Source: Nitrospirota bacterium
GTDB lineage: Bacteria > Nitrospirota > UBA9217
Direction: 5' to 3'
NCBI GenBank assembly: GCA_963755045.1
Contig: CAVWIL010000009.1
Span: forward strand, 9,485 to 73,484
Length of the DNA: 64,000 bases
The position numbers and the translations under genes were made by a program. The notes beneath the pieces are model-generated. The model was not told the DNA's origin. It searched no databases and saw only the letters and a program-made list of their open reading frames with translations. Positions 19,991-31,048 of the stretch are shown piece after piece (within the stretch, counting starts at the first letter, position 1; the number at the start of each line of letters is the position of its first letter).

Positions 19991-21031
19991 ATGGGGTATT
20001 CAATGGAACATAACGACATACGTCATAGACTTTCCGAATATATCGACGGATCTGTCACGGGTGAAGAACGGGCGGAGATCGAAGCGCACCTTAAGACCTG
20101 CACGCAGTGCACTGATGCGCTTCAGGAACTCCGCAAGACCATTGAGCACATCAAGACCGTCGAAGACATCGATCCGCCTGCATGGATGACGCAGAAGATC
20201 ATGGCAACGGTGCGCGCGGAGGTTGGTGAAAAGAAATCTCTCTTCCAGAGATTATTCTACCCATTAGCAGTCAAGATCCCGATCCAGGCCATTGCGGTCC
20301 TGTTCCTTGCCGTGACCGGGTTCTATATCTATCAGAACATTCAGCCGGCAGAAAGAACATCCGAAGCGCCGAGCCAGGAGTTCGCTGCCAAAAAGCCGGT
20401 TCCTCCAACAGACACTGCACAGGATAAACTTGCTAAAGCTGATAGACCTGCTCTTCGCTCAAAGCAGGTTCCGCAAACACCAGCGTATAAAGCTTTGGAC
20501 ATGAAACAGGAATACGAGAAACCTCCGCAGCCAACGCTCCAAGGCCAAGCGACAGCACCACCCCCCGCTCCCGCAGTTCCTGTCATGCCGGCTGAGCAGC
20601 CCATGCCTGCCCAAAAAGAGGCTGACTCACTCAAATCTGCTGCGTCTCAAGCAGGCGCTCCCGCAGCCATATCGGAGCAGGCGACCGGAATTGCGCCGCA
20701 TGCGGAAAAGAAATCAAAATCCGCGGCACCAATGCGGCAGGCATTAAATGTGGCGCCAACTGATGCGGTTGGTTCCGTCATCAGCGTACGGGTCAATGAC
20801 ATTGACGCTTCCGTACGGAAACTTGAGCAAACAGTTAAGCAGCTCGGAGGATCGATTCAGAAGAAGGACCTTCCCAATGCGAAGAGGATCTATGAAATTT
20901 CGATCGATGCTCAGAAGCTTCAGCAGCTCAAGGAAAAGCTGAAACGTATCGGCGCTGTCAGGGATGAGGCGGGGCAGCCTGTATCGAAGGATGGACAAAT
21001 CGTATTAAGAATTGAATTTGAAGTAAAGTAG
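19991..21031 (+). CDS. Zinc-finger anti-sigma factor (zf-HC2, DUF2275-like)
   Basis: LSEYIDG...HLKTCTQC (HxxxCxxC), one TM helix, Pro/Ala-rich outer part. Confidence 0.85.
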   Translation: MGYSMEHNDIRHRLSEYIDGSVTGEERAEIEAHLKTCTQCTDALQELRKTIEHIKTVEDIDPPAWMTQKIMATVRAEVGEKKSLFQRLFYPLAVKIPIQAIAVLFLAVTGFYIYQNIQPAERTSEAPSQEFAAKKPVPPTDTAQDKLAKADRPALRSKQVPQTPAYKALDMKQEYEKPPQPTLQGQATAPPPAPAVPVMPAEQPMPAQKEADSLKSAASQAGAPAAISEQATGIAPHAEKKSKSAAPMRQALNVAPTDAVGSVISVRVNDIDASVRKLEQTVKQLGGSIQKKDLPNAKRIYEISIDAQKLQQLKEKLKRIGAVRDEAGQPVSKDGQIVLRIEFEVK

Positions 21032-21078
21032 AGTGCACCTTTCTGCGACCCTCTCGACATGTCTTTTTGCCATTAATA

Positions 21079-21135
21079 TTGACCAGCCTAATATTCTGTG
21101 CTAGTGTAATCCGTCCCTATAACAACTTGTTATGC
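21079..21135 (+). promoter_or_regulatory. Pc-like promoter plus attI-like site heading the cassette array
   Basis: TTGACC-17 nt-TAGTGT followed by CCCTATAACAACTTGTTATGC (inverted TAAC/GTTA boxes, 5-nt spacer). Confidence 0.5.
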
Positions 21136-21159
21136 AATGCAAGAGGTCACCTTTCTATT

Positions 21160-22548
21160 ATGAGTGATAAACGAATACTGACTATTGGTCTCGAGCTGGC
21201 CTCGACGGATATACAGTACGCGATTTTCCAATCGAAGATGTCCCTTCTGGATTGGGATATCGTGCTCTTCAAACCACAAATCGGTGACTTCACGAGCTAC
21301 GGTGAACATTTCCAGGGTAAGCCAAGCCTCAAGCGACCGCGCCTCTTCCAGTTGAAGGAATGTTGTGAGCATTGGAGGCGAGAAATTAAACAAGCAGTCG
21401 AGACTGGCAAGACGATAATCGTCTTTCTACCGAGTCTTGAAGAGGTCTACGTGACACGGGAGAGCGGTCCTACTCCGGTACTGGTCGGAATCAACGGGCC
21501 ACCGGTCACGTCGCGGAGTACAACAACTACCGAGCGATTCCAGCTGGCCTGTCGCCAGTAACGGCGAGAGGCACCTCCATGAAGTTGTCGGACAAGGACG
21601 CAGAGGAATTGCTGCCGTAATGGACGTATTTCGAGAGCGTTTCACAGTACTAGGTGATCCTCACTGACCCGAAAGTTCCGGCATGTGTGACCCGCACGGA
21701 GACAGGGCCTGTCAGTACAGCGCCACGAGCGAGTACCGGAGGACTCTTGCTACTCCCGGCCTTCAGTGGCTTGCGACGATTCGTTAAGGGAAAGGGAAGC
21801 AAGCTTAACTGGACTCGAGCACCTGTTCGCGGAAATGGTGTAACGATCGTGGCCTTGACAAGGTATGCGAACTGCGGCCGAAGTCATCGACAACGTGGGA
21901 TCGATCTAGTGTTGTGATGGTACGGAGACAACCCGCGCCTCCTCGCTATCTACGACGCTGAGCGGAAAGGAACGTGGATAGAGGAACAAGAAATAGCTTC
22001 GCTCACAGTAGTGGCGGTCTGCTGGCGCGTATCGGGGACAGCTACTTGAGAAGGGGAAACTACTGAAGAACGTGACTATTGAGTCACTTGCCTTCTAGGC
22101 TTTACGGCTGCGCCCTTCGATCGGACTCAAGTTTGATGTGGCATTAGAATCGAGGAAGGCCGACTTATCGGAGAAGGTGAAGGGAAAGACAACAAGGCGG
22201 TCAAATCGATAAGCTCAGGGAACTATCGATAGAACTTACATGAGGATTTACGGCGCGAAAGCATTACTACACCTGCAAAGCCGGTGCTTTTCGGAAACGG
22301 TTTCCGTCTTAGCCATGAACGAACGGGCCAACTTTTTTACGAGAAGTGCTATATCGCTGCAGCCTCCTCTCCACGGCATTGGTTTTACGCCGTATCGTTT
22401 TGGAATGTTCAATATTTTCTCAGCAACTGATACCGCGTAAGACTTGAGCAAGCCGGTAAGCGCTGCTCTGGTCTTTCCGGTGGGTTGCGTTTCGACGCCA
22501 GTTGTTGAGAAGACATAGGACGAAACGCAAGTTGAGAAGGAAAAGTGA
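21160..22548 (+). pseudogene. Cassette-like hypothetical gene, heavily disrupted
   Basis: MSDKRILTIGLEL...SLLDWDIVLFKP... then repeated frame breaks; later fragment GEGEGKDNKA suggests a nuclease-like C-terminus. Confidence 0.55.
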
Positions 22549-22622
22549 CGAATGACCAACGCTTCAAAACCGACGCGTAATAACGCACGTCTTGGCCGCG
22601 TTCTTCTAAACGGACCATATCT

Positions 22623-23358
22623 ATGAACCCACCTAGAGTATTCATTTCTATTGACACGATGCGCTGAACATAAGAAATGGGTTTTGGATTTTGCATCAAC
22701 CCTTAGGACTAGAGGTGTCGACGCCATTTTAGACCAGTGGGATCTAAAACCTGGAGATGATCTTCCTCATTTTTTGGAGACTCATCTGGAATCCGTCGAC
22801 TATGTCGTCATAATATGCTCAGAAAAATATGTCGAAAAAGCTAATGCAGGCGAAGGTGATGTTGCTTACGAAAAAATGATAGTGACTACGTCGTGATTGT
22901 CCAGGATTAATGGCAGCAAAGTAATTGCTAATAGTCGTTAATCAGGCACTAACATGAGGCCCACATTTCTCAAGTGAAAGCAAGACATAAATTTATCAAC
23001 GACGAAGATATTGAATATAAATTAGATAATCAGCTTCGTGTCAATCAAAACTCTCCATTATATGAAAAACCTAAAATTGGGGTTAAGCCATTTAAACATT
23101 AGAAGGTGCACGCCTGACCGTGTATCCGATGGTGTAAAAGAAATAATGAAAGCAGTTGTTAAGTGCTTTAAAGGCCGCGAGTATGACTACATTTGGTTTA
23201 AGTGCCTTGTTGACAATGTTTCAATGCACCGCCTTACACTTGATCGTTACATTGAACAGGCTGTCGAACAAGACCTTATATATTGGAATTCAAATAAATT
23301 GTATGTTACAGAGAAAGGCATAGAATAACTAAGCGCTCACGGTATTATCAGTGGGTAG
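22623..23358 (+). pseudogene. TIR/SEFIR-domain protein, disrupted
   Basis: MNPPRVFIS.../HKKWVLDFASTLRTRGVDAILDQWDLKPGDDLPHF...ICSEKY...AYE; C-terminal LYVTEKG resembles a winged helix. Confidence 0.75.
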
Positions 23359-23466
23359 TCAGCTAGTGGGTTGGAGTACATGATACTCGACGCTGACTCT
23401 AAGCATTCGGCTCGAGTTGGTCTCGAAAACCGCGACCCTCAGACAAGCCCTTGAAACGAAAGCAAT

Positions 23467-23995
23467 ATGAAAAAAGCTGTGACGAAATAAGATAATTTCT
23501 CCCAACTCCGTATCCATAGCGGGGGAGTTAGCTGCATTATCGCGACTTCCTTTTTGGGGATATGATGCTAAAATGAACCTCGGCCGGAGTAATAATGTTG
23601 ATATCTTATTGTCGAATGCAGAACCAATAAGTTCTAAAAGCTCGAGTAGTCAAAGATCAATTTGCATTCCAGGAAGAGGCTAACTGCTTATAGATTATTC
23701 GGAAAATTTAAAAACGGCTGGATCAAGCAAGAAAACATGATCCATTGCAAGGCCGGAACTGTGGTACTGCTTTGTGATGATTGGACTAAAATCGAAGGTG
23801 GCCAGATTCTTCATCGTCCCAAGCGCTATCGTAGCGAAATACGTGAAGGCACAGCACCGCTTGTGGCTGAAAGACGATATGGATCATAAGGACGGACAGA
23901 TGAGAGTCTTTCGGGTCGGAATAAAGGGTGAGAAATACAGAATCCCAACCCCGACCGCAGAGCAGTATGAAGACAATTGGGAATTTCGTCGGTAG
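23467..23995 (+). pseudogene. Cassette-like hypothetical gene, possible restriction-endonuclease fold, disrupted
   Basis: Fragments GYDAKMNLGRSNNVDILL and RFFIVPSAIVAKYV...YEDNWEFRR*. Confidence 0.45.
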
Positions 23996-24004
23996 CCATG
24001 TTCA

Positions 24005-24080
24005 ACCTAACCAATAGCTACTGCCAACAGCGGTGATTAAGAAAAACTAATAGTCGCGGTGGCAGCACGTTGCGTTGGAC
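24005..24080 (+). other. attC-like recombination site
   Basis: ACCTAAC (RYYYAAC) ... GTTGGAC (GTTRRRY), internal CTGCCA/TGGCAG inversion, 76 bp, between a stop and the next start. Confidence 0.7.
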
Positions 24081-24103
24081 CGGTTAAAACCGAAAGGGAA
24101 TAT

Positions 24104-24831
24104 ATGGCACTTAAGCGCAGTTTAGAATAAACTCAATCTTTATCTTTCAAACAGTTCTAGCATTTTATCGAATCTTGGCAGTATATGGCTGCGCACCTTG
24201 AACGACAAATCTTACTGGCCAACAGTTTGAATTTCACGAAAAAGATGAAAAACAGTTAGCACAACTCTATATTTATCGGATGATTCCACCGCATACATTA
24301 AGTTCTCTAGATGAAATAATAAGTGGGAAAAAAGTCTCCGATTTAAAAGCAGGTGGCTTTCAGAAAATATTTGAACAATGCGGGAGAAATGAAGATCGAA
24401 AACGAAATGAAATTGGGATACAGGTGTAGAAGACAAATCTGTCCATTTTTTAACGGAGGCAGGTCAAACTTATTTTGTGCGATGTCACACGCAGATGTGG
24501 GGCATTGTCTTACATCCCATACTTAAAGTAATTACGAAGGAAATATGATATATATGAAATAGAAGCTCTCAAGGCACTACGGGAAATATCGTAAACTGAC
24601 GAGGATCAACTAAATGATAGCCTGCCAGTATTACACTTGCAAAAAGACGAGAACCCACAAGTCGAGTAACCGCCTTAAATGGTTTAATCGGCGATCCTGA
24701 GAAACCATTTATCATGACGTAGAGAATGCTACGATTATCCTGACTCTTTGCATAAGCAAGGCATGATAATGCCAAAATTTTACTAGCGATAGGCGATATC
24801 GCAGTGTGCATCTATTCTCAAATATATCTAG
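24104..24831 (+). pseudogene. AT-rich cassette-like gene, heavily disrupted, function unknown
   Basis: ATG after a purine-rich stretch just past the attC; only broken frames; end approximate. Confidence 0.35.
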
Positions 24832-24958
24832 AATTCAAGTTACTTTTAAAATTGGCAAGTGTCGGCCAGAATTGTACCGTTCTTTCAACCTAACGGCTCG
24901 AGAACGGTCACACAGACACGCGCGCTCTCGCTTACCTCATTCTCTTCTCAAATCTTCG

Positions 24959-24987
24959 GGAACTTTTTCCTCCCCTCCCCTGTCTAA
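24959..24987 (+). promoter_or_regulatory. ECF (sigmaE-type) promoter
   Basis: GGAACTT-16 nt-GTCTAA upstream of the DUF4139 gene. Confidence 0.7.
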
Positions 24988-25029
24988 TGGACCAGAAGCA
25001 GTTAAATCCATTTGCACAGGAGGCCCGTC

Positions 25030-26487
25030 ATGAAGATCAAATATCTTGTCCCGGTTTTATCAGTAGTGTTTCTCGCAACCATAAGCATGTGTCCGGTTTC
25101 CGCCGCAGTCAAACAGGAAGTCAAAACCCCAACAACTTCAAGCACGCTGGACGACCAGACCGGCGTAGCGCTCACCATTTACAACGTCAATCTCGGCCTG
25201 GTCAAGGACCAGCGCGCCATCAAGCTGTTCAAAGGCATCGGCGACCTGCGGTTCATGGATGTGGCTTCGCAGATCATGCCCACCAGCGTCCATATCAAGT
25301 CCCTCGTCAAACCGGAAACACTGCGGGTACTGGAACAGAACTATGAGTATGACCTCTTGAATCCCCAGAAGTTGCTCGACAAGTATGTCGGCAAGGAGGT
25401 CAAACTCTACACCAAGAATCCCTACACAGAACGGGAGGAGGTCGTGACTGCCACGCTCCTGTCGAACAACGGCCAGCCCATCTTCAAGATCGGAGACGAG
25501 ATCACCTTCGGCCATCCCGGCAGGATCGTCTTCCCCGGCGTGCCGGAGGACCTCAATGCCAAGCCGACCCTTGTCTGGATGCTCGACAACGACCTGCCGT
25601 CAACGCAGAAGATCGAGGCCACCTACCTTACGAACGGCATCAACTGGCGGTCCGATTATGTCGTGACGCTGAATGACAGGGACGACAAGGCCGACCTCTC
25701 GGGCTGGGTGACCATCGACAACCACAGCGGCGCAACGTATAAGAACGCGACGCTCAAGCTCGTTGCCGGTGACGTGAACCGGGTGAAAAACGAGTTTGAG
25801 TATAAGGACAAGATGATGCGTGTGGCGGAAGGAGCCGCAAAAGCAGCAGCGCCGCAGTTCAAGGAAGATTCGTTCTTCGAATACCATATATATACCCTCG
25901 GGCGTCCTGCCACGGTAAAGGACAACCAGACCAAGCAGATCAGCCTGGTGACTGCCGACGATATCCCGGTTAAAAAAGAGCTCCTGTACCACGGAGCGAA
26001 CTATTATTACTACAATCGCTATGGCGATCCCATGTCGAACCAGAAGATCGGCGTGTTCGTCGAGATCCAGAACAAGAAGGTGAACAACCTCGGCATCCCG
26101 CTGCCCAAGGGCACGGTGCGGGTCTACAAGGCCGACAAGGAAGGCAGCCTCCAGTTCGTGGGCGAGGATTCGATCGACCATACCCCAAAGGACGAGAAGA
26201 TCAGGATCAAGTTGGGCGATGCCTTTGACGTGGTAGGCGGCAGGAAGCAGACGGACTGGAAGAAGATCGCATATGATACCTACGAAGCGGCATTCGAAAT
26301 ATCGCTCAGGAACCACAAGAAGGAAGACGTGGTCGTAAAGGTCGTTGAGCCTATCCCGGGCGACTGGAAGATGCTCTCATCATCGCACGAATACAGCAAG
26401 AGCGAGGCCTTTACCGCCGAGTTCAACATCCCGGTACCGAAGGACCAGGAAGTGAAGCTGACGTATCGGGTGAGGATGAGGTATTAA
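25030..26487 (+). CDS. DUF4139 domain-containing exported protein
   Basis: LTIYNVNLGLVKD, EQNYEYDL, YLTNGINW, GEDSIDHTP; signal peptide. Confidence 0.88.
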   Translation: MKIKYLVPVLSVVFLATISMCPVSAAVKQEVKTPTTSSTLDDQTGVALTIYNVNLGLVKDQRAIKLFKGIGDLRFMDVASQIMPTSVHIKSLVKPETLRVLEQNYEYDLLNPQKLLDKYVGKEVKLYTKNPYTEREEVVTATLLSNNGQPIFKIGDEITFGHPGRIVFPGVPEDLNAKPTLVWMLDNDLPSTQKIEATYLTNGINWRSDYVVTLNDRDDKADLSGWVTIDNHSGATYKNATLKLVAGDVNRVKNEFEYKDKMMRVAEGAAKAAAPQFKEDSFFEYHIYTLGRPATVKDNQTKQISLVTADDIPVKKELLYHGANYYYYNRYGDPMSNQKIGVFVEIQNKKVNNLGIPLPKGTVRVYKADKEGSLQFVGEDSIDHTPKDEKIRIKLGDAFDVVGGRKQTDWKKIAYDTYEAAFEISLRNHKKEDVVVKVVEPIPGDWKMLSSSHEYSKSEAFTAEFNIPVPKDQEVKLTYRVRMRY

Positions 26488-26489
26488 GT

Positions 26490-26771
26490 AGTTCGGAGCG
26501 TATAGTTCGGAGTTAGGAGGATTAGCAGACTGTTGAAAAACTATTTTTTACCGCTTTTCCGTCATTCCCGCGCAGGCGGGAATCCAGGCTTTTCAAGATG
26601 CTACTGGATCCCCGTTTTCACGGGGATGACGAATTATGCCTCAAGAGATGACTTTTTCTACAAGCCGTTAGACATTCGTGCAGTAGCTTGGAGGGATAAC
26701 CAGAAGAGGAGATCGTTGCTTCCCTCTTCTGCTTTACGTTGCTCCGAACTCCGAACTCCAGACTCCGAGCT
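26490..26771. repeat. Nested repeats: heptamer arms, MITE-like ends and a CGTCAT palindrome
   Basis: AGTTCGG units (26490) / CCGAACT units (26742-26771); AGACTGTTGAAAAA / TTTTTCTACAAGCC; CGTCATTCCCG...GGGATGACG at 26560-26631. Confidence 0.7.
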
Positions 26772-26783
26772 TAATTCTTTCGC

Positions 26784-27857
26784 TCACAGCCACTTCTTCC
26801 GTTTGAAATAAATGAACATGGATACGCCGATACCGAACATCCCGACGAGCGCAGTAAAATACCCATACCGCCACTCGAGCTCGGGCATGTATTTGAAGTT
26901 CATCCCGTACACTCCGGCGATGAACGTGAGCGGCATGAAGATCAGGGAGATGGCCGTCAGGACCTTCATGACCTCGTTCAGCCGGTTACTGACGCTCGAC
27001 AGGTACAGGTCAAGCATGCTGGACAGCATTTCGCGGTAGATGTCCACGCTGTCGATGATATGGATGGCATGGTCGTAGACGTCTCTGAGATAGGGCGCCG
27101 TGGCTTCCCGGATCAGCGATGACTCATGCTTGCCCAGACTGCTCACAACCTCCCGGAGGGGCCATACCGCATTGTGCAGAAAGATCATCTCCCGCCTTAA
27201 TTGATAGATCCTCTGCACAGTCTGCTGCTTCGGGTCCCCGATCAGTTCCGTTTCTATCGCTTCGATCTTGTCGCCGAACTTCTCGAGGATCACAAAGTAG
27301 TTGTCAACTACCGCGTCAAGAAGCGCGTAGGCAAGGTAGTCGGCCTTCATTTTCCGGATGCGTCCCTTTCCGGTCCGGAGATGATCGCGGATCAGATTAA
27401 AAACATCCCCCTCGACCCCTTCCTGGAAAGAAAGAACAAAGTTCGCGCCGAGGACAAGGCTGACCTGCTCGGTAATGATCTCGCCGTTCTTCCCGCCCGC
27501 GAGCATCTTGAGCACGATGTAGAGATACTCTCCGTAGTCCTCCATTTTCGGCCGCTGGTCCGTGTTCATGATGTCTTCCATCACAAGCCGGTGGAGGCCG
27601 AAACACTCGCCGAGCTTCTCGAGCACCGGAGTATTATGCACGCCATCCACGTTGATCCAGGTCACGGTCGGTTTGTCTTTGAACGGGATGCAGGCATCGA
27701 CAGATGCCATCTCTATCTCTTGAACGTTCGCCTCATCATAATCGATAACATGGATCTTGACCTGCTCGTCCTTCTTCTCCCCGGTATACACCAGCGTTCC
27801 GGAAGGAAGGCCCGCTTTTTTGGATCGTTTTTTTGTAAGGTTGCGAATCGAGGGCAT
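26784..27857 (-). CDS. corA: Magnesium/cobalt transporter CorA
   Basis: KKAGLPSGTL, EDIMNTDQRPK, YGMNFKYMPEL; true start MPSIRN. Confidence 0.96.
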   Translation of the reverse strand: MPSIRNLTKKRSKKAGLPSGTLVYTGEKKDEQVKIHVIDYDEANVQEIEMASVDACIPFKDKPTVTWINVDGVHNTPVLEKLGECFGLHRLVMEDIMNTDQRPKMEDYGEYLYIVLKMLAGGKNGEIITEQVSLVLGANFVLSFQEGVEGDVFNLIRDHLRTGKGRIRKMKADYLAYALLDAVVDNYFVILEKFGDKIEAIETELIGDPKQQTVQRIYQLRREMIFLHNAVWPLREVVSSLGKHESSLIREATAPYLRDVYDHAIHIIDSVDIYREMLSSMLDLYLSSVSNRLNEVMKVLTAISLIFMPLTFIAGVYGMNFKYMPELEWRYGYFTALVGMFGIGVSMFIYFKRKKWL

Positions 27858-28711
27858 TAATAAAACTCCTTTATCGTTCTTTGGATCTTTGTCAGCGTCG
27901 AACTCCTGGTGGACGAGCGGCCTGTCCTGGATCATCGGAATGCGCTCTTCGAACGTCGGCCGGTTATTGCGGTAGATGACGCCGATGGGAATGCGGTCTC
28001 CCCACTCGAGTGCCTTTGCGAACGCCGCCTTCCGGTCCTCGGGGTTATACTCCGGCTCGACATGATAGACCCGCTGCTTGTACCATTCATAGGTGTTCAC
28101 CTTGTTGAAGGTAACGCAGGGCTGAAGAATATCGAGGAGCGCAAACCCTTTGTGGTTGATCGCCTCTTTCATGAGATCTTTAAGGTGCTCCGTATCAGCC
28201 GCATACCCTCGCGCCGCGAAGCCGCAGTCAAGCGCAACAGCAAGCGCCATGGGATTGAACTGTTCCGAGATCACGCCGAACGGCATGTTCTTGGTCACCA
28301 CCCCTTCGCCCGTCGTAGGAGATGCCTGTCCCTTGGTCAGGCCATAGACCTGGTTGTCGTGTACAAACAGCTTTAATATTGATGTTCCGGCGCATGGCGG
28401 CCAGAAGATGGTTGCCGCCCTCGCCGTAGCAATCGCCATCGCCGGTCGTGACGATCACCGGCATCTCGTGGTTCGCGAGCCGGACGCCTGTGGCGACGGG
28501 CAGCGCCCTGCCGTGAAGGCCGTTAAAGGTGTTGCACTTTGTGTAGTGCGGAAATTTTGCTGCCTGGCCGATGCCGGAGACGATCGTGATCTGGTGTGGC
28601 TCCAGGTTGAGTTCGACCATGAGTATCTTTGAACGCCTTCAGGATGGCGAAATTGCCGCACCCCGGACACCACGCCGGGACCTGTCCTCTATACGTTTCC
28701 AAGGTGATCAT
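27857..28711 (-). CDS. 2-oxoacid:ferredoxin oxidoreductase beta subunit (several frameshifts)
   Basis: WCPGCGNF, VSGIG, LHGRALP, GDGD, NQVYGLTKGQASPT, QPCVTFN across frames. Confidence 0.92.
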
Positions 28712-30421
28712 TGATCTCTCCTGTCAGTTCTTCCACCGTGAACGGCCGGCCGTCGATACTTATGGATCTGCGCCTTGAACTCAAACCCTGTCTCGCTGCG
28801 CAGGAGACGGGCGAACTGGCCGGTAGCATTGTTCTCAATGCAGAGGGGGAGCTTTGCCTTCTCGAGCAACCGGAGATAATCAAAGCGTTCCCGGTCCGGC
28901 AGCGGGAAAATCTCACTGAAATGCAGCATGGCGATGCTCGTTGACTTTGACAGGGCGTCGACCGCCTCTTTCATGACACCGTAGGTTGAGCCCCACCCGG
29001 TCAGCACGACACGAGGGTCATGATCGCCGTAGAGGAACGGCGGTGCGATCTCCTGCCTGATGAGCGGCAGCTTTTTGAACAACCGCTTCTCCACCATCTT
29101 GACCCGTGTCAACGCATCCTCGACGATATGGCCTTCTTCGTCATGCTCATCGCTGTCCGTGACCACAAGGTGCCTCGCGTCTCCCGGCACGCCGAAGGGG
29201 CTGATCCCCGTCTCCGTGAATGCATGACGCCGGTATTCTGAAAGTTTTTTGAACGCATCCCCCCGCAAGCGATGATCCTGGTATCGAATTTTGTCCATAT
29301 CGAAACCTTCAAACGTCCATTGAGTATCGGCGAGATACGTGTCAAAGAGAATAAAGACCGGTATCTGGTATTTTTCCGCGAGATCGAAGGCCTTGTTCGT
29401 GAGATAAAACGCCTCGCGGGGCGTGCCCGGCGCAAATATCACACGGGGGAATTCCCCGTGTCCCGCGGAGATGAGAAACTGGAGTTCGCCCTGTTCGCTT
29501 CGTGTCGGGAACCCCGTCGCCGGTCCCGGCCGCTGCCCCATGGCTATCACGATGGGCGTCTCGGTCATGCCCGCAAGCGAGAGTCCCTCGACCATGAGCG
29601 AAAATCCGCCGCCGGAGGTGCCGGTCATGGCGCGTACGCCGGCGAAGGATGCGCCGAGCGCCATGTTGATGGCCGCGATCTCGTCCTCAGCCTGCTCCAC
29701 GACAACACCGTATTCCTTTTCCTTGGTCGCGAGATAGTTCATAATGCCTGTCGAAGGCGTCATGGGGTAGGCGGAGTAGAACTTGCACCCCGACGCCAGC
29801 GCACCGAGGGCGATGGACTCAACACCGCCCACGAGCATCAGGGATTTTTTGGGTCCGTCAGTGCGGACGGAGAAGTTACACTTGAGGCATCCCTTCACGG
29901 CGTGGTCAAATCCTGCCATGGCCGCGTTCTTGTTCGCGGTGATGACCTTCTCGCCTTTTTTCGCGAAGGTCTCGGCAATGAGGCCCATCAGGATATCAAG
30001 GTCCATCCCGAGCATGCCGAGGACCGCCCCCGTTGCTACGGTGTTCGCCATGATCCTGTCGCCGCCATGCTCCATGGCAAGTTTCGCAAAGGGGATGTCG
30101 AGGAACGCCGGCTTGTCGTGTTTTTCCTTGAGCGTCTCGGAATCATAGATGATCTGGCCGCGGGAGGTGAGTTCCTGCTCGTGCAGCCGGATGCTTTCCT
30201 TGTCCAGGGCAACGATGAATATCGATTGCTTCCCTGGGCGCCGAAACCGGCCGGTCCGAAAATCGTATCTGGTAGAAATTGTGACCGCCCCGGATGCGCG
30301 ACTCATAATCCTGGTTGGTGAAAACGTGGTATCCCGAGCGGGCAAAAACATGTCCCAGCGTGTCGCCGATCGTCTGGATACCCTGCCCGGCCTCGCCGCC
30401 GATCTTGATGGAATAGTCCAT
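28689..30421 (-). CDS. 2-oxoacid:ferredoxin oxidoreductase alpha subunit (frameshifts)
   Basis: IGGEAGQG, YESRIRGGHN, YPMTPS, QAEDEIAA, TSGGGF, DGRPF. Confidence 0.93.
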
Positions 30422-30673
30422 GGTTTCCTCTTTCAGAATCGTTCTCGATAGGACAGGAGTCTTTCTCCAATTACATCAGTGAATCGATATCTTCTTAATG
30501 CTTTTCTATTACAGTGGAAAACGGGATGGAGGGGAAAATGGAGAAGAAGACTTTCGTTTCATTTGATTATCACTGCCCCCGTTTTTCTCCCAAATTCACC
30601 TGTGGATTTTTTGTTGCAACTGCCCGACACATTCATATCTTCCGGGCACCGTCCCGGACAGCGAATGAGACCC

Positions 30674-31003
30674 TTAGTAGATATCTTCAAGCGTGATCAC
30701 ACCCGACCCGAGGAGTTTTTCAAGAAGCACAAACCCTCCGCAAGGCCGTGCTGCCCGGTCCTGCATAAAGTCGCAGTCCTGTTCGTGAAAGTCGCAGGCA
30801 AGGCACAGGACATTCACCAGCCTATCCCTAAGAACCGGATTTGAGTCGCCACTGATGTTTTCAAGAACAAGGTTTTTCCCTTCTCCCGATAATCGTTCCG
30901 CAACCAGATAGCCTCTGCACGCAAGCGCTTCATTTTTCCCAGGCTTATAATAGGAACAGAATTTTAAACAAAGTGTTTGTTCCAGCGGCGAGTTGTGCGT
31001 CAT
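30674..31003 (-). CDS. Cys-rich hypothetical protein
   Basis: 109 aa, CLKFCSYYKPGK...C...CLACDF...CDF...PCGG; divergent from the radical SAM gene. Confidence 0.7.
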   Translation of the reverse strand: MTHNSPLEQTLCLKFCSYYKPGKNEALACRGYLVAERLSGEGKNLVLENISGDSNPVLRDRLVNVLCLACDFHEQDCDFMQDRAARPCGGFVLLEKLLGSGVITLEDIY

Positions 31004-31048
31004 GGTGCCATTATAACAAAATTACTTATGGAGTGCTATAATAACGCT

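Noticed and set aside
26784-28439. OFOR beta-CorA fusion protein suggested by the ORF track
   Set aside because: Frameshift artefact; the beta subunit ends ...KEFY* overlapping the corA start as TAATG at 27855-27859.
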